DNA of 64,000 nt from Cetorhinus maximus. Taxonomy: Eukaryota. Shown one piece after another: positions 40,232 through 53,149 of this stretch. Position numbers and translations under genes: made by a program. Location of the stretch: positions 107,136,001-107,200,000 of the forward strand of contig NC_135889.1 of the NCBI RefSeq assembly GCF_964194155.1, in the 5' to 3' direction. The notes below the pieces were generated by a model. The model did no database searches. It was not told the DNA's origin and saw only the letters and a program-made list of their open reading frames with translations. The number at the start of each line of letters is the position of its first letter. Position 1 is the stretch's first letter.

Positions 40232-40866
40232 GGGCAGGATCTTCCGGTCGGCGAATGGGGGTGGGGCCCGCTCGCCGATGCGTAAAATGATGCGGGATGA
40301 TGTTGGGTGGAACCCCCAATGTCACCCCGCACCATTTCCGTTTTCAGGTCGGCGGGGGCGCAGTCGAGTCAGCTGCGTGCCCGCCAACCTGTCAACAGCC
40401 CATTGAGGCAATTGAAAAAGTAATTAAGGTCATCACCCTTAAGGTTGGCGGGCAGACCGGGTACTCTGGCGGGCTTCAGAAAAAGCATGAAACCTCATCC
40501 ACGAGCGGGATGAGGTTTCATGAGGGTCTTTAAATTCTTATCACATCTTTCAATAAAAGTAACTAAAAGTGTCAAATGATGGGACATGGCAGGGAAATTT
40601 TTCATACTTCTTTACTTAAAGTTTTAAATCGGAGACGATCTCCCTGAGGCAGCACTTTGCCTCAGGGAGATCTGTGCACTCTTTCGCACGCATGCGTGAA
40701 CAAGCCCACTCCCAGCTGTGGGAAATCCCCCCCACGCCCGCACAGGGAGCGCATAGCACTTCCTGGTGGGCATCACACTGGGTGGGCCTTAATTGGCCCA
40801 CCCATGCAAAATGGTGGCCCGCCCGCTCACACACTTCCCCCCTAACAGGGGGGAACATTTTTCCCC
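40232..40866. mobile_element. MITE of the same family
   Basis: Left TIR gggcaggatctt; internal motifs as in 36009-36710; degenerate right end. Confidence 0.65.
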
Positions 40867-40934
40867 AGATTTCAACTACCCTTTTTGTGAAACAAGTGCC
40901 TCCTGATTGCCTCCTAAATGCCTAGCTGTGATTT

Positions 40935-41705
40935 ATTTATTTATTCATTCACGGGATGTGGACATCGCTGGCTGCAGACATTTATTGTCCATTCCTAATT
41001 GCCCTCGAGAAGGTGGTGGTCAGCCACCTTCTTGAACTGCTACAGACCATCTAGTACAGGTACACCTACAGTGCTGTTAGGGAGGGAGTTCCAGGATTTT
41101 GACTCAGCGACAGAAGGAACGGTGATATATTTCCAAGTCAGGATGGTGTGTAGGGAAGCTTGTTCTCATGCAGCTGTTGCCCTTATCCTTCTGGGTGGTA
41201 GAGGTTGTGGGTTTGGAAGGTTGTCGAAGGAGCCTTGGTGAGTTGCATGTATATGGTACACACTGCTGCCACTGTGCATCAGTGGTGGATGGAGTGCCAA
41301 TCAAGCGGGCTGCTTTGTCATGGATGTTGTCGAGCTTCTGGATTGTTGTTGGAATTGCACTCGTCCAGGCAAGTGGAGAGTATTCCATCAAACTCCTGAC
41401 TTGTAGATAGTGGACAGGCTTTGGGGAGTCATGAGGTGAGTTACTCTCTGTAGAATTCCCAACCTCTGACGTGCTCTTGCAGCCACAGTATTTATATGGC
41501 TGGTCCAGTTCAGTTTCTGGTCAATGGTAACCCCCAGGACGTTAACAGTGAGCAATTCAGTTATGTTTATATCATTGAATGTCATGGGGAGATGGTTAGA
41601 TTCGCTCTTATTGGAGATAGTCATTGCCTGGCACTTATGTGGCCACTTATCAACCCAAGCCTGAATATTACCCGTATCTTGCTGCATATGGACACGGACA
41701 GCTTC
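40935..41705 (-). mobile_element. CR1 LINE 3' fragment
   Basis: LGVTIDQKLNWTSHINTVAARARQRLGIL; reverse complement of 25250-26120. Confidence 0.8.
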
Positions 41706-41918
41706 AATTTTAAGATGATGTACCCTTGCTCCTGGCTCCCCATCAGGAGAGATCCCCAGCTACACTATCAAATCCTTTTAACTTTTTAAACATTTTGATC
41801 AGGCCACACCTTCAATCGTCTGTGCTCAAGGCAAGTTTACACAACCTGTTTTGGGTTTTGAATCATGCTTATGATAGAAGAAGAATGGGCTACAGCAACG
41901 TCCAAGCCAATCACATAC

Positions 41919-42102
41919 CTGTGAGGCTCTCGCCTTCGTTTTCCACCCGGCGTCTCTGCATTTCCACGACCCGCCTTTGGATGCCACGGTAACTGATGTC
42001 ACTGAAGTCTTGCATGTTCTTCTTTACACGTTCGGTGATGGGATCGGTAACCACAGGTGTGAAGTTTCCCTTGGTCTTCTCAAAGTCTTCATGGTATTTC
42101 AC
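41919..42102 (-). CDS. NEB: Nebulin exon (last nebulin module)
   Basis: ttttaag|GTG...G|gtatgt. Encodes VKYHEDFEKTKGNFTPVVTDPITERVKKNMQDFSDISYRGIQRRVVEM. Confidence 0.95.
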
Positions 42103-42727
42103 CTTAAAATTGGAAAATACTTAGCAAAAGAAGAAATTTCTGCCCTTCTTCAAACATTCAGCCATCTAAACCAGCCAAAAAATCCAGCGTCTCCGATAGG
42201 AGGCACCACCCCCTTGACAATGCAAGGGAAGGGTCAGTCCAGAAGAGACCCTCATGCATCGGAGTGCTGGACTCCATAAAATTTTGACTCAGTGCAGAAG
42301 AATTCTACCAACTACGGCCAGGTGACAATTAAAAAGAAATTAAAATGTTAGTTGCATTACGAAAAGTTATTGCAACTAAGTTCAATGCAGTGGGGCAGAG
42401 AAAGTTGCAAGCTCAAATACCGCACCGAATGGTTCCTGATCTGAGCTATGCCAAGTGGAGAATAAGGGAAATCGCAAGCGATACTCATTACGGGGCAATC
42501 CTTAGTAACTACCCAACAGCAGTATGGAAACTGGCGTTGGAGCCAGCCATGCACCCTGCCTCTTATAGTTGCAGACATGGACCAAGTGGGCAAAGAAAAG
42601 GGGAATTTCAAAACACTTCCCCACTACAGAAAATGAGGAAAACATAACCATAAATACATACGTTTTCTACTTTATTTCTTACTACAGTTTCTTTTTCTAC
42701 TTATTGTATTTTCACATTTCATTCTAC

Positions 42728-43910
42728 TGTTATATCTGATTCCATAATTCAGGTATTTTAGAGGTATGACTTATAGTTTTGGGAATTAAAGTATTAAATG
42801 TAGATAAATGGTTGAGGAGCTGGTAAACAGATCTATGTTAATTACAGTTCAAAAGGAACCCATGTTTATTTAATGAGGTTAGAATTAGGAGGGAGAAAAC
42901 GTAAACAATAGGTTATTTTTCCTGAGCTTCTTGGTAGAGATGAGATGTCTACAGTTGTCTTCATAAGGAATTTAAATTGTTCATGTAATTTCCAGATAAA
43001 AGAAGTTAAGGCCACTTTTGTAAATAAGAGAGTTTCTTGGTGGAACCTGGGAGTCTGGAGAGGGGACAATTACATCCATTAGAGATATAAATTAGCCATG
43101 TGGGTCAAAAAATCAAGGGGGTTGTTTTTAAGGTAAAAGACAGTTAATTTACATTTCTGTTTGGAACATCCCTGGTATGTCACATTGCTATGTAGATAGG
43201 CTGTGGGGGTTAGGAAAGTTTCTTTGGTTTAATTTATCTCTGTGTGTGCTTTGCTCAAAGAAACAGGCAGTCAACAGTTCAGTTTTGGAACAGAGACAGT
43301 TCCAGCTCACTGAGTCGAGGGGGCAAAAGAGATAAATGTCAGCGAGGCCTGCATCTTATGCAGAGAAAATTCTAACTTTATCAATCATTCCACAGAATGC
43401 AAGTGGGAGTACAAGTTCAGTTTGGAGATAGAGTTTGTGAGGGAAAAGAGATTGGAACATTTGCCTATCTTGGAGCTACAGGGAGACATCTTCTGTAACT
43501 CTCATAACGAAAAAAAGGAGTTATCTTGGAGAATACAGTGAAGCCCATGCTTGAGCTGAGAAGTCCACAGTCATGAAGGAAAAATGGAAGATTCCTTAGC
43601 CAAATGCTAATGGAAGGATCCTGTGAAATTTCTACCCCGGAGAATGGCTGGAATACTGAGTAAAAATTAAACTGAATTCTGGAGAGCTGTGGCACACTTG
43701 ATGAATTTCAAAAGGAGAGGTGAATATACTCAGAGTATTAACAAACTATCGTGTTAAGTTAGTAGTGCTTGCTTTGTTTAATTTTTTTATATATAGTAAA
43801 GTTTGTTTTTGTTTAAAAACTTGAAATCTTGTGGCATAATTTCTTTCAGATAATCACTGATTGCTCGAATTTCTCTTTGAACGATAATGATCTCTACAGA
43901 ATTCATAACA
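42728..43910 (+). mobile_element. Possible solo LTR
   Basis: Begins TGTTAT and ends ATAACA, with an AGTAAA near the 3' end; no clear TSD. Confidence 0.3.
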
Positions 43911-44794
43911 CCCCTGGAAAGGACCAGTGTATCTGTTATAGATTCTATTAAATATTATTTGATTATCAACAAATTATTCATACTTCCTCTTGCACAATTT
44001 TTGCAAGCTCTTAGCTGCAATGGCAATATAAAATATCTCACATATATTTTACTTTAACTTGTAATATAATATCTGTCAATTTGAGAAATATTGAAAATCT
44101 TATGACACATTATACAGATAGAGGATGTGTTTTATTTGTTTGGAAATCAAGGTCAAATGATTAATTCATTCTAAGAAACGCTGTGGTTAACATTATGCAA
44201 TGAATAGTAGCAGACACGAGACAGCCTCATGTTGCTGAACTACTTTACTGATGTGGACCAGGTTTATTGCTGAACTGTTGTTCACTAACTGGACTAAAAC
44301 CAAAACATTACACACCACAAAGGTCCATAGCCTGTGCTGTAATGGCTAATCTCAGCTGGGGAAGATCAACCATTATGACTGCAATCCAATGACTCTTACT
44401 GGAAAGTGTGAGGCACTAGATGAAGGCAGAATATATTCAGCACTGAGATGCTGGGCTCTGGCCACCCTCCATAGCCAAACAGCCTGTCATTCAATGCTAG
44501 TCTCATATCTTGGAGAATAGCATCTTCAGCAAGGCACCAGAGCATTGCCTTGGCATGAACCTTCTGAAGATACAAGGTAGAAAAGCGGAGAAAATTGGAG
44601 AATAATTTTAGGGCACATTTAGGTTCTATTTTATCACTGATTTACAGAACTAAATATGCTTAATGATATTTATTGGCAATATGCCTCATCCAAGAGCTGC
44701 AACTGAAGTAAATGCTTAATTGGAAGAATAACAAACGTTTTTGGGCATCTGTTATTAACAACTAGAAAGGAACACAAGATGGTGCAGTCAATAC

Positions 44795-44902
44795 CGTTGA
44801 TATGTTGCGCTGAGAATCCCGTACACGTCTCATCTCTGGTGTGTCCAGCACATAAGCCGCCCTCCCTTGCACTTGTTTACGGAAGCTGTCAGAGTATAGG
44901 AC
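44795..44902 (-). CDS. NEB: Nebulin exon (Z-disk module)
   Basis: ttacag|GTC...ACG|gtattg. Encodes VLYSDSFRKQVQGRAAYVLDTPEMRRVRDSQRNIST. Confidence 0.95.
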
Positions 44903-46467
44903 CTGTAACAGCAAGGTAAAAATGCTGAAAGAAATCTCGAGTAAGGCTTCTCGTTTCTCCACATTCACTTTACCTAGGTGCACTGCCGTGGAGATGATAG
45001 GGTTAGCTGACTCAGTGTTAGGAAAAAAGACTGAAGCGAGTTAATGAGTTTAATTTTCAACCTCTGGCTTTTAGCTATAAGAGGGAAAAAACAACAATTT
45101 GTTTCTGTTTTGCATTATGATACCTATGTCTCCTCAATAGGTATGGAGGTGGTGGATATCCAAATATCACTTGCATTTGTGGTGGGGATGTGTGTTTCTT
45201 TTTAAATGTTTCTCTATCTATTACTTGCCATTTTTGCATGTTATGGGTCCTTTTATTTAAAACTGTAAATGAAAAAAAAAAGTCAGAAGTCATTCCCTTA
45301 TCCCATGTCAAACGAATTATTTTAAACTGGGACAGGCATTGCCCCCTGGCCTCTGCCAATCCTATCCTTAGTCATAAATTGTCTGATTATTCCATCATCC
45401 TTTACAGAAGGCGCCTTGTCCCAGCTGGTGCTGCCACAGTTTATAAGATTGACATTGCATGGTACAAGGACCATTGTTTCATTATAAAAACCCACCAAAG
45501 GACTGTAGCTTTTATCTTTTCTAAGGAGTGCCTGATGAGAATTAGAGCAAACCACTTGACTATGTGTTTTGTCGGAAGAATTCTTCTCACAAAGGGTTAT
45601 TGGGACATGAAATCCAGAAGGTGCTATTGAAGTTGAGAAAGGAAATTAGAAAACTAATTGAAAAGGAATACTATAACAGATGTGAAAAAAGAGCATGGAA
45701 ATGGGGTTAGAGTAACCAACACCAGTTGATGGACTAGGATGGAATGTCCTTCTGGGCCTTTCTCCATGAACAGATGCTCGAACGAACTTCAATCAAAAGG
45801 GTGATCAATGTCTGCAACAATATACCACGTATGACTGCAGAGACACGGGGCTTAGGGGCACTCAAAATACAACAGATGTCGAGAGTGTTAGAACATGAGA
45901 GGGATGAGGTCTGGTGGGCACAATACTTTTTTTTTTCTCATCCTTCACTTTCCTTTATCCTTTCACTTTCTCATCTCCTGGTGTGCTGAAGAGGTGTATT
46001 AGCAGAGACCTCCCAGCTAGAGAGAAAACAAAACACCTTGAGATTGGGGCCATGAAACAACCCCAAAGTTTCACGAGCATATTGCTCTCTTTTCTGTATG
46101 TTCAAAGTTTCTATGTACTCCAATTTTCCATAATGGTCCATTTTTAAAAAATTTTTACAAAGCTAAAATAGCTGACAAACAACCAAATAATGGCACAGCA
46201 GTCAAAGATGTCTTCCTGTGTTTTCCCTCTCACACTAGCAAAATGGCTGAATTCAAGGGTACTGCTTAAGCCCCACATTGCTCTTTCATACGATTTTAGT
46301 TTTTGTGAGTGGGTCTTTGGCGTACCAGCGGTTATAGGTGCAATGCCATGGTCAATATGGTATTAAGAATTAGAGAGGAATAAAAAGCACTAGAAAAGAG
46401 GGGGAAAAAGTTAGAGCGCAACGGAAAACACTGAATATGGTATTTTTCTTAAAGTTGCAGAAAATAC

Positions 46468-46560
46468 CGAGCTAATGTTTTCTTGATTGCGTTTAACGCG
46501 CTGCATCTCTGGTGTGTACACCACTGCGGTCCCTTTACCCAGGTTTTCTTTGTATAAGAC
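46468..46560 (-). CDS. NEB: Nebulin 93-bp Z-disk exon, TPEM/RNQEN type (single copy)
   Basis: ctgcag|GTC...TCG|gtattt. Encodes VLYKENLGKGTAVVYTPEMQRVKRNQENISS. Confidence 0.93.
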
Positions 46561-47740
46561 CTGCAGAAGTAAAGCACCCAAAATGAAAAGATAAAAATTC
46601 AACAGTCTTTCAAGACCGTGTACATGACTCAACACAAATACAACTCAAATCGACTAAAAGTGATGGTTGAGAAGTTAAAAATATAAGATGTTAAAAAAAC
46701 AATTAGTTTTCATTAAAATGAAATGAAATGGCTTTAGTGAAAAAGCAGTGGATGAGAACAGAAGCCAGGACTATGCCAAAATTTGGTTTCAGAAAATGGA
46801 AGCACCAGATCCTTATTACAATTACTGTGCAAGAAAACATTCAAAAGTATTTTTGCAAATACTTTTAGCCTATTATTGTATAGCAACATCTGTGCTTTTT
46901 TTGTAAATTAACAGGAGTCTGAATCAGAAATATTGGATCACAATTATTCTGGAGGTAAAAAAAAACATTAGCGACATTGGCCTCAGGTAAAGACTGCAGA
47001 TAGAACAACAATATGCAAATATTTTGAATGAACAAGTGTTTCTAATTTCTGAAATGTAGAGTTAAATACAGAGTTAATTCATATTTTGATGTAAGCAAAT
47101 TTGATTGCTGATTTCCCCTTATATGATTGCTTGCATTTTCATGCACGATTAAGAACATTTGAAACCCAAACTGACGCGAAATGGGACAATTTCAAACTTG
47201 ACGGATATTTGTTAAGCCAGTAAAGGTCACAACAGCTTCAGAACTTCTTTACGCTGATGGAACAGCACCAAAGGTCTAATGCTGTGAAATAATAAAGTAA
47301 ATGAAACAAACTGGAACTGAAGGTAGGGCTTGGACATGCCCAACATTGAGCACTGAATCTAACAGAGGGTTGAATTCAGTAAAGCTTTGGAATCGACCTT
47401 GCACTGGATTCAAAGGACCCAAGTCCAGTCGAGTGCTAGTTCTAAAATGGGCAACATTGCTGTGTGCTACCTTTGGTCTTTTCAGGTTAATTTTCTTTTT
47501 CAAGCAATTTGAAAATAATCCCTGAAGACAGCCTTCACTTTCTCTTTATGGAATCCCTTCAAAATTGGCAGAGTCCTGGCTCCACAAAAACTACTCATTT
47601 CCAAACATTAGAAGGATGTAAATACAAACACGCAAGATGATGAAGCAAGTGAAAAAAAATTGACATTGTACGACTTGTGTTTAGTGCTGTGATGGGGGTG
47701 AAATCACAAGTTAGCAAAGTGCATCAAAACCAGCAGCTAC

Positions 47741-47833
47741 CGAGCTGATGTTCTTCTGTGTCTCTTTTACACGCTTCACCTCAGGCAGGTCAGAGATTGC
47801 AGTTCCTTTCCCAATACCTTCCTTGTACTTGAT
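47741..47833 (-). CDS. NEB: Nebulin 93-bp array exon A
   Basis: tttgtag|ATC...TCG|gtagct. Encodes IKYKEGIGKGTAISDLPEVKRVKETQKNISS. Confidence 0.9.
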
Positions 47834-49512
47834 CTACAAAGTGCGTAGATCAGAAAAGAAAAGAACAGCCTGTCAGCACACAACAAACGCAACACACGGA
47901 CCAACACAAACTGCAACAAGTTACACCAGTTCTAATAAGTTAAACTGGCGAATTAGATTATGTTATCAAATACCATTTAACTATTCTCAAAGTAATCACA
48001 AGTTATCAAAAGCACCAAGGAAAATGTAAACAAACTTTCTGAGATTCAATGTGATGTCCATATGAAATGAAACACATTTGAAATTGAAAGTTCGTTAGTT
48101 AGAAAATGGAAAGTTGGTTAGTTGAAATCAAATTTTAACCTTAGTGAAAGAGTACCATTCAAAGTTACATGTTCAGCAAAAAGATCACTGTCAATGATCA
48201 CGGCAAAATTCCTCATGCTTCCATCCCTGAAAATAATGTCGCAATCGTGCCCAGCAGTGCCCTCCAGCGCTAATCTTGGTGCAGTTTTTCCACTATTAAT
48301 GCAACTCGTTAGTATGGGGCAAGCTCCTCTTCAGGGTACATCTCTGGCTCTGATCTGTAACTGGTAACTGGAGACTCCAGCAATCGCTTGATCATGGGGC
48401 AGATGGGGATTCCCTCGGCCCATCCATGGTCATAACTAATGAAGCCAAACTGCAATAGTTTTTCTCTTCTAAGGCGCAAGCTGCTGAACTCATGATGATT
48501 TCAATGATAGGGCCCATGATTGGGTTTGTAGAGTACACAATGCCTACACTCCTTCAGTGTACCACTAATACGCAAGGTCACCCTCCAGGCTCAGGAGCAG
48601 AAACTCTTGCTTTATTGAGTCCCTGCCTCTGGTCCTAGTCTCTACTTGCCTGACAAACAGAAGACCCACCCCTTAAAAGAGAGCTGGAGAACTCCTGGAA
48701 ATGGTGGACAACCAGCGCAACCAAGTTTGGCCATTTTTTTTAAGCGGGTCCTGCCAGAGATGCAGAAGGAGATTGTGAAAACCAATATAGAACAACCTCC
48801 TTGACCGCCACCCAGATATATTGCAATGATTGCTAAAACTCATTACGTGAAATTGTATTTTTTGTTTTAGCAACTCTTTGCTTTATATTTAAAAAATGCC
48901 AGTGGCTCTAGTTTGGATGACCAGTTAAAGTAAAGTCGGCTTCTTACAATTAAAGTTAATGTGAATCACTCTGAAAATTTGAAGCTACAAATCAAAAGAA
49001 TTATGCAGGAATGTGAAACCAAACTTCAAATTCAAATAATTAAAAATCAAAGCTCTGATTTAGATTCCAAAACATGCTGCAACTGATTTTGTATTTAAAA
49101 GCCTTTAGGTTATTTGACAAGTATTTCAGATGTCATGTGCAATAAAGCTACATTGCTGTTGATTTAACTTACTAATTATGCTTTGTTATAATGAAGTCCA
49201 GGACTTCCAACATACCTACTTCATGCCTGGCATTCTTAGTTACGTCTCAAAGAAGTCATTCTCAGAGAGCCACAATCCTGAGTTAGTTCCACAAAAATCA
49301 AGAAGTTAAAACTAATTTCAAATATCTTGTGGGAAAATGGTGTTATTCATTTCAGGAGTATATGTTTCAACAATCGGGGAAACCTGTTAAAACGATATTG
49401 AGGAGTAAACTGTGAAAAGGAGGAATTGTGTGAATTGTGTTTTAGTGCTAGGAAGGGTTGGGTAGTAAGGGGGTGGATTGTGGGTTAACACAGAAATCAA
49501 GTCAACAGCTAC

Positions 49513-49605
49513 CGAGCTGATGTTCTTCTGTGTCTCCTTTACACGCCGCACCTCAGGCAGGTCAGAGATTGCAGTTCCTTGACCAACATTTTCCTTGTAT
49601 TTGAT
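49513..49605 (-). CDS. NEB: Nebulin 93-bp array exon B
   Basis: Encodes IKYKENVGQGTAISDLPEVRRVKETQKNISS; AG/GT intact. Confidence 0.9.
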
Positions 49606-50737
49606 CTACAAAGTGTGCAGATCAGGGAAGAAAAGACAAACTGTAAGCACATGACAAACAACAACAGCTTGCATTTGCATAGAACTTGAACATAATGAAA
49701 GTTCCCAGTGCCCTTCAGAGGAACAATTATCAAACAAAACTTTACACGGGGTTACATAAAACGCTAGCTAACGAAGACAATCTTAATTAAAGAGATAGGT
49801 TTTAAGGCATGTCGCAATGTTGGAAAGAGAAGTAGAGAGGCAGGGAGGTTTAGGGAGGAATTCCATGAGCTGCAGTAATACAGGACTTTATACAAATGAT
49901 GTCAAGTGAGACTGTATCCACACTAGAGATTGGATTGGCCTAGTGGATAAAGGCTTCAGCCAATCTAGCACTAACTCACACAAACCAGAAAGTAGCCTTG
50001 ATTTAATTCCCAATATTTGTTGAGTAGTAGCCATGCCAACAAATGAAGAGCGACAATTAACCTCAGCACCATTGGGACAGGGAAGGAAAAATCAACCAGG
50101 GATGCCAATGCGGATATCCATCCAGCAATTTCTGCTTCTGCAAAGTCAGGATGAATCTTCATGGTGATCCTTCCACAGTCATTGCCAACTCAAGGTCTAA
50201 GCTCCTACACCTGGTGAGATGGTGGAGGGCTGCCAGAGCATGAACACGTACTGCAGAATTTGGAAATCAACCTGGATACAAAAACCTTTAAAAATAATCC
50301 TAAAAGTTCTGATTCGATGATAATAAAAGTACAGAGCTAAATGTTGACTTTGTGGTTCTGATTCAAATTCCATCAATATTCCAAAGCCTGCTTTCCTGTT
50401 GTTTTTTTTGGAAGCTGTTTAATCCATGCTATAGATGCTGTATTCGTATTACAGTCATGGCTTCTTAATGTTGTTCTTTGTTTTCTGTCTCACTGCACAG
50501 CATCGTAAGGTCTTACGAAAAATTGCTTACGCAAGCTCTTCCCCCATCAATAAAATCTATATGTCAAAATTGACAAAACTTTATGTATAAGGCACAAAAA
50601 GGTTTCAAGAATTTGAAAAAAAAGTTACATAAAAAAAGACTAGAAAAAAAATGACATTAATTGTGTTTAGTGACAGGAAGTTTCGGACAGGGGATATCAT
50701 GAGTTTAAAAAAAAAGGGGAATCAAATTGGCAACTAC

Positions 50738-50830
50738 CGAGCTGATGTTCTTCTGTGTCTCCTTCACACGCTTCACCTCAGGCAGGTCAGAGACTGCAGT
50801 TCCTTGACCAACATTCTCCTTGTATTTGAT
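50738..50830 (-). CDS. NEB: Nebulin 93-bp array exon C
   Basis: Encodes IKYKENVGQGTAVSDLPEVKRVKETQKNISS; AG/GT intact. Confidence 0.9.
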
Positions 50831-51919
50831 CTACAAAGTGTGCAGATCAGAGAAGAAAGGACAAACTGTCAGCACATCACAAACGAAAAACAAAAGCAAC
50901 CAACATTTATACAGGACCTTTAACATAGCAAACATCCCAAGGCACTTTACAGGAACCATCATCAAACAAAATTTGACAACGAGCCACCCAAGGCAACATT
51001 AGGACAGCAGAGATAGGGTGTTAAGGAGTATCTTAAAGGAGGAAAGAGAGGTAGAAAGGCAGAGAAATGAAGGGAGGGAATTTCAGAACTACAGTAATAG
51101 GTAGACATTATACAAATGCTATGAAGCCACAGACTGCATCAAACCACATGGAATTCTCCCACAATAGCCTAGTGGGTAGAGGCATCAACCAGTCTTGCAC
51201 TAAGTCACACAAACCAGTAAGCAGCCTTTAATTCCCAGTCTGTGTTGCGATCATAGTAAACATGGCAACACGTGAAGAGCTGGCTTTGGCATCATTGGGG
51301 CTGGGAGAGAAAACTAGCCTGTGGATGGCAATGTTGGTGTCTATCCAGCAATTTCTGCTCCTGTACAGTCAGGATTAAGCTTCATAATGTTGTTCCGAGG
51401 GTTGAATAGTCTACTCATTATCTAAGCTTACAGAAGGAGGGCCACTTGGATGAGGTTGTGACAGACTGCTGAAGCATGAATCCATACGACAATGTCAATC
51501 AGCACCTTCAGCAAAGGAGGCCAGAAAGGGGGGAAATAAATTCTGTATTGCGAAAAGGGAACTGCAGGTATTGCCAATGACATTGTGGCCTGGATTTTTG
51601 CAATGAAAGAGGGCCCTTCTGTCAAAAATGGTGAAAGAAGCTGAAATCTGGAAGTTCCATCCCTGCAACACGGCACCTACTATTTTCACGGGAATGGGCC
51701 CAAGATTTGTACATACAGTTTTGCGGAAGCAACTGCCTATATACATCAGTAGCTGTCTCCGGTCATGTCTAATTTTGGTGACCCATATGTGTGAAACATG
51801 ATGTGTGCAGAATAGACCTGGTAGGAGCAGGTCTGAGCTTTGTGGAGTCCTTTGGAGAGGTGGGGTATCCTTTTGGGGAGGTAGGGAACCTCTTTGGATA
51901 TAGTTTTGGGACACAGCAG

Positions 51920-52219
51920 TTAATCATCATCATCGTCATCGACTGGGACAAAGATGTCACGTTCCTCCAGTAATGAGGCGAAGCTCTTGCTGATCTGATT
52001 GCCCATGTAGAGAAAAGGGACGACCACAACAAAGACTTTCATGAGACCAAAGGAAGTCTTGACAGGTCTGGGTAAAATGGCTCCCGATTTTGTCACCACC
52101 ACGTTTCTGAAAGAGTTGAGTTGAATCCCAGCTTTAGTTCGGGGATTCAGAAGGCCCCGGGTTACCTCAGTGCTCAGGGATCTTCCGAGTCCAAACAGAC
52201 GCCACCCGACCGCCACCAT
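51920..52219 (-). CDS. SMDT1: Intronless EMRE (essential MCU regulator) retrocopy with an intact 99-aa ORF; retrogene or young processed pseudogene
   Basis: RNVVVTKSGAILPRPVKTSFGLMKVFVVVVPFLYMGNQISKSFASLLEERDIFVPVDDDDDD aligns with recalled human EMRE RSVIVTRSGAILPKPVKMSFGLLRVFSIVIPFLYVGTLISKNFAALLEEHDIFVPEDDDDDD. Has an Arg/Leu-rich presequence-like N-terminus and no intron. Confidence 0.9.
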   Translation of the reverse strand: MVAVGWRLFGLGRSLSTEVTRGLLNPRTKAGIQLNSFRNVVVTKSGAILPRPVKTSFGLMKVFVVVVPFLYMGNQISKSFASLLEERDIFVPVDDDDDD

Positions 52220-53149
52220 ATTTATGAGGTTGTCTCAAAAGGTCAGGTGCCCTTTGGGGGAGGTCAGGTGGTGTTTTGGAAAGGTAGGTTGCCCCTTGGG
52301 ATTGTTAAAAGCATGAATGTGCATACAAAATGCATGAACTCATTAACTGTCAACCTCATTGGAACTGTCAAAAGTGTCAAAATGAAGTGTCAAAGGCAAC
52401 TGTCAAGCTGTCAAGACATTTACAACTCCTGCCCTTTAAATCCTTGAAACAAATGTCTGGAGTTTAAAAAAATCATGACTTGCTATTTCACTCTGTCTGT
52501 TGACATAAACCTGAGGGCTACCATTACTGGATTTGTGCTGCACAACCTTCCATTATCACAGTAGGATGCCTGTCATTTCAGAATATGATTGACAGCTCCA
52601 AGTGCTTATCAACTCTTTGAAGCAGGACTATGAATTCCAACGCTTGTTTTTCTAAAGGATTATGCACAAATGAAATGTTTGTTCTTATATGGGTTTATGT
52701 AATTGAAAGAAAGTAAATATAGAAAATGGGTTTTTACGAATTAGACTAATTCTTCAAAATAAAGTCTGCAATAGACACATAGAATGTCATTTTTTTTCAT
52801 TTCAGCATGGCTCCTGAGCTCTGCCCATGGTAGATACTGGGTGAGTTGACATGGTAGCTGTAAGGGCAAAAGGTGGTGGGTTGGGTGCATGGGTTTCTGT
52901 GAGTTGGCATAGGGGCTATAAAGGTCATGGGGGTATGTGGAGGGCATGGAGGAGATGAGGGGCCATGGGGATGTGTGTGGCACATAGGTAGGCATGGAGG
53001 GTATGAGGGGCCAAGGGAGCATGGGAAGTTTGAGGGGGTGTGAGGGGTGAGGGCTGGAGGGCCATTTTGTGTTTTACTGTTTTTTAAAAACTCAACACAA
53101 TGCTGGAACACAGAGGCAGGCCTTCTTCCCAGCCTGCTACTGCACCCAG

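Noticed and set aside
52220-52250. Splice acceptor joining the EMRE ORF to NEB transcripts
   Set aside because: Only a weak ctgaccttttgag with a very short pyrimidine tract and a GAG acceptor; not supportable.
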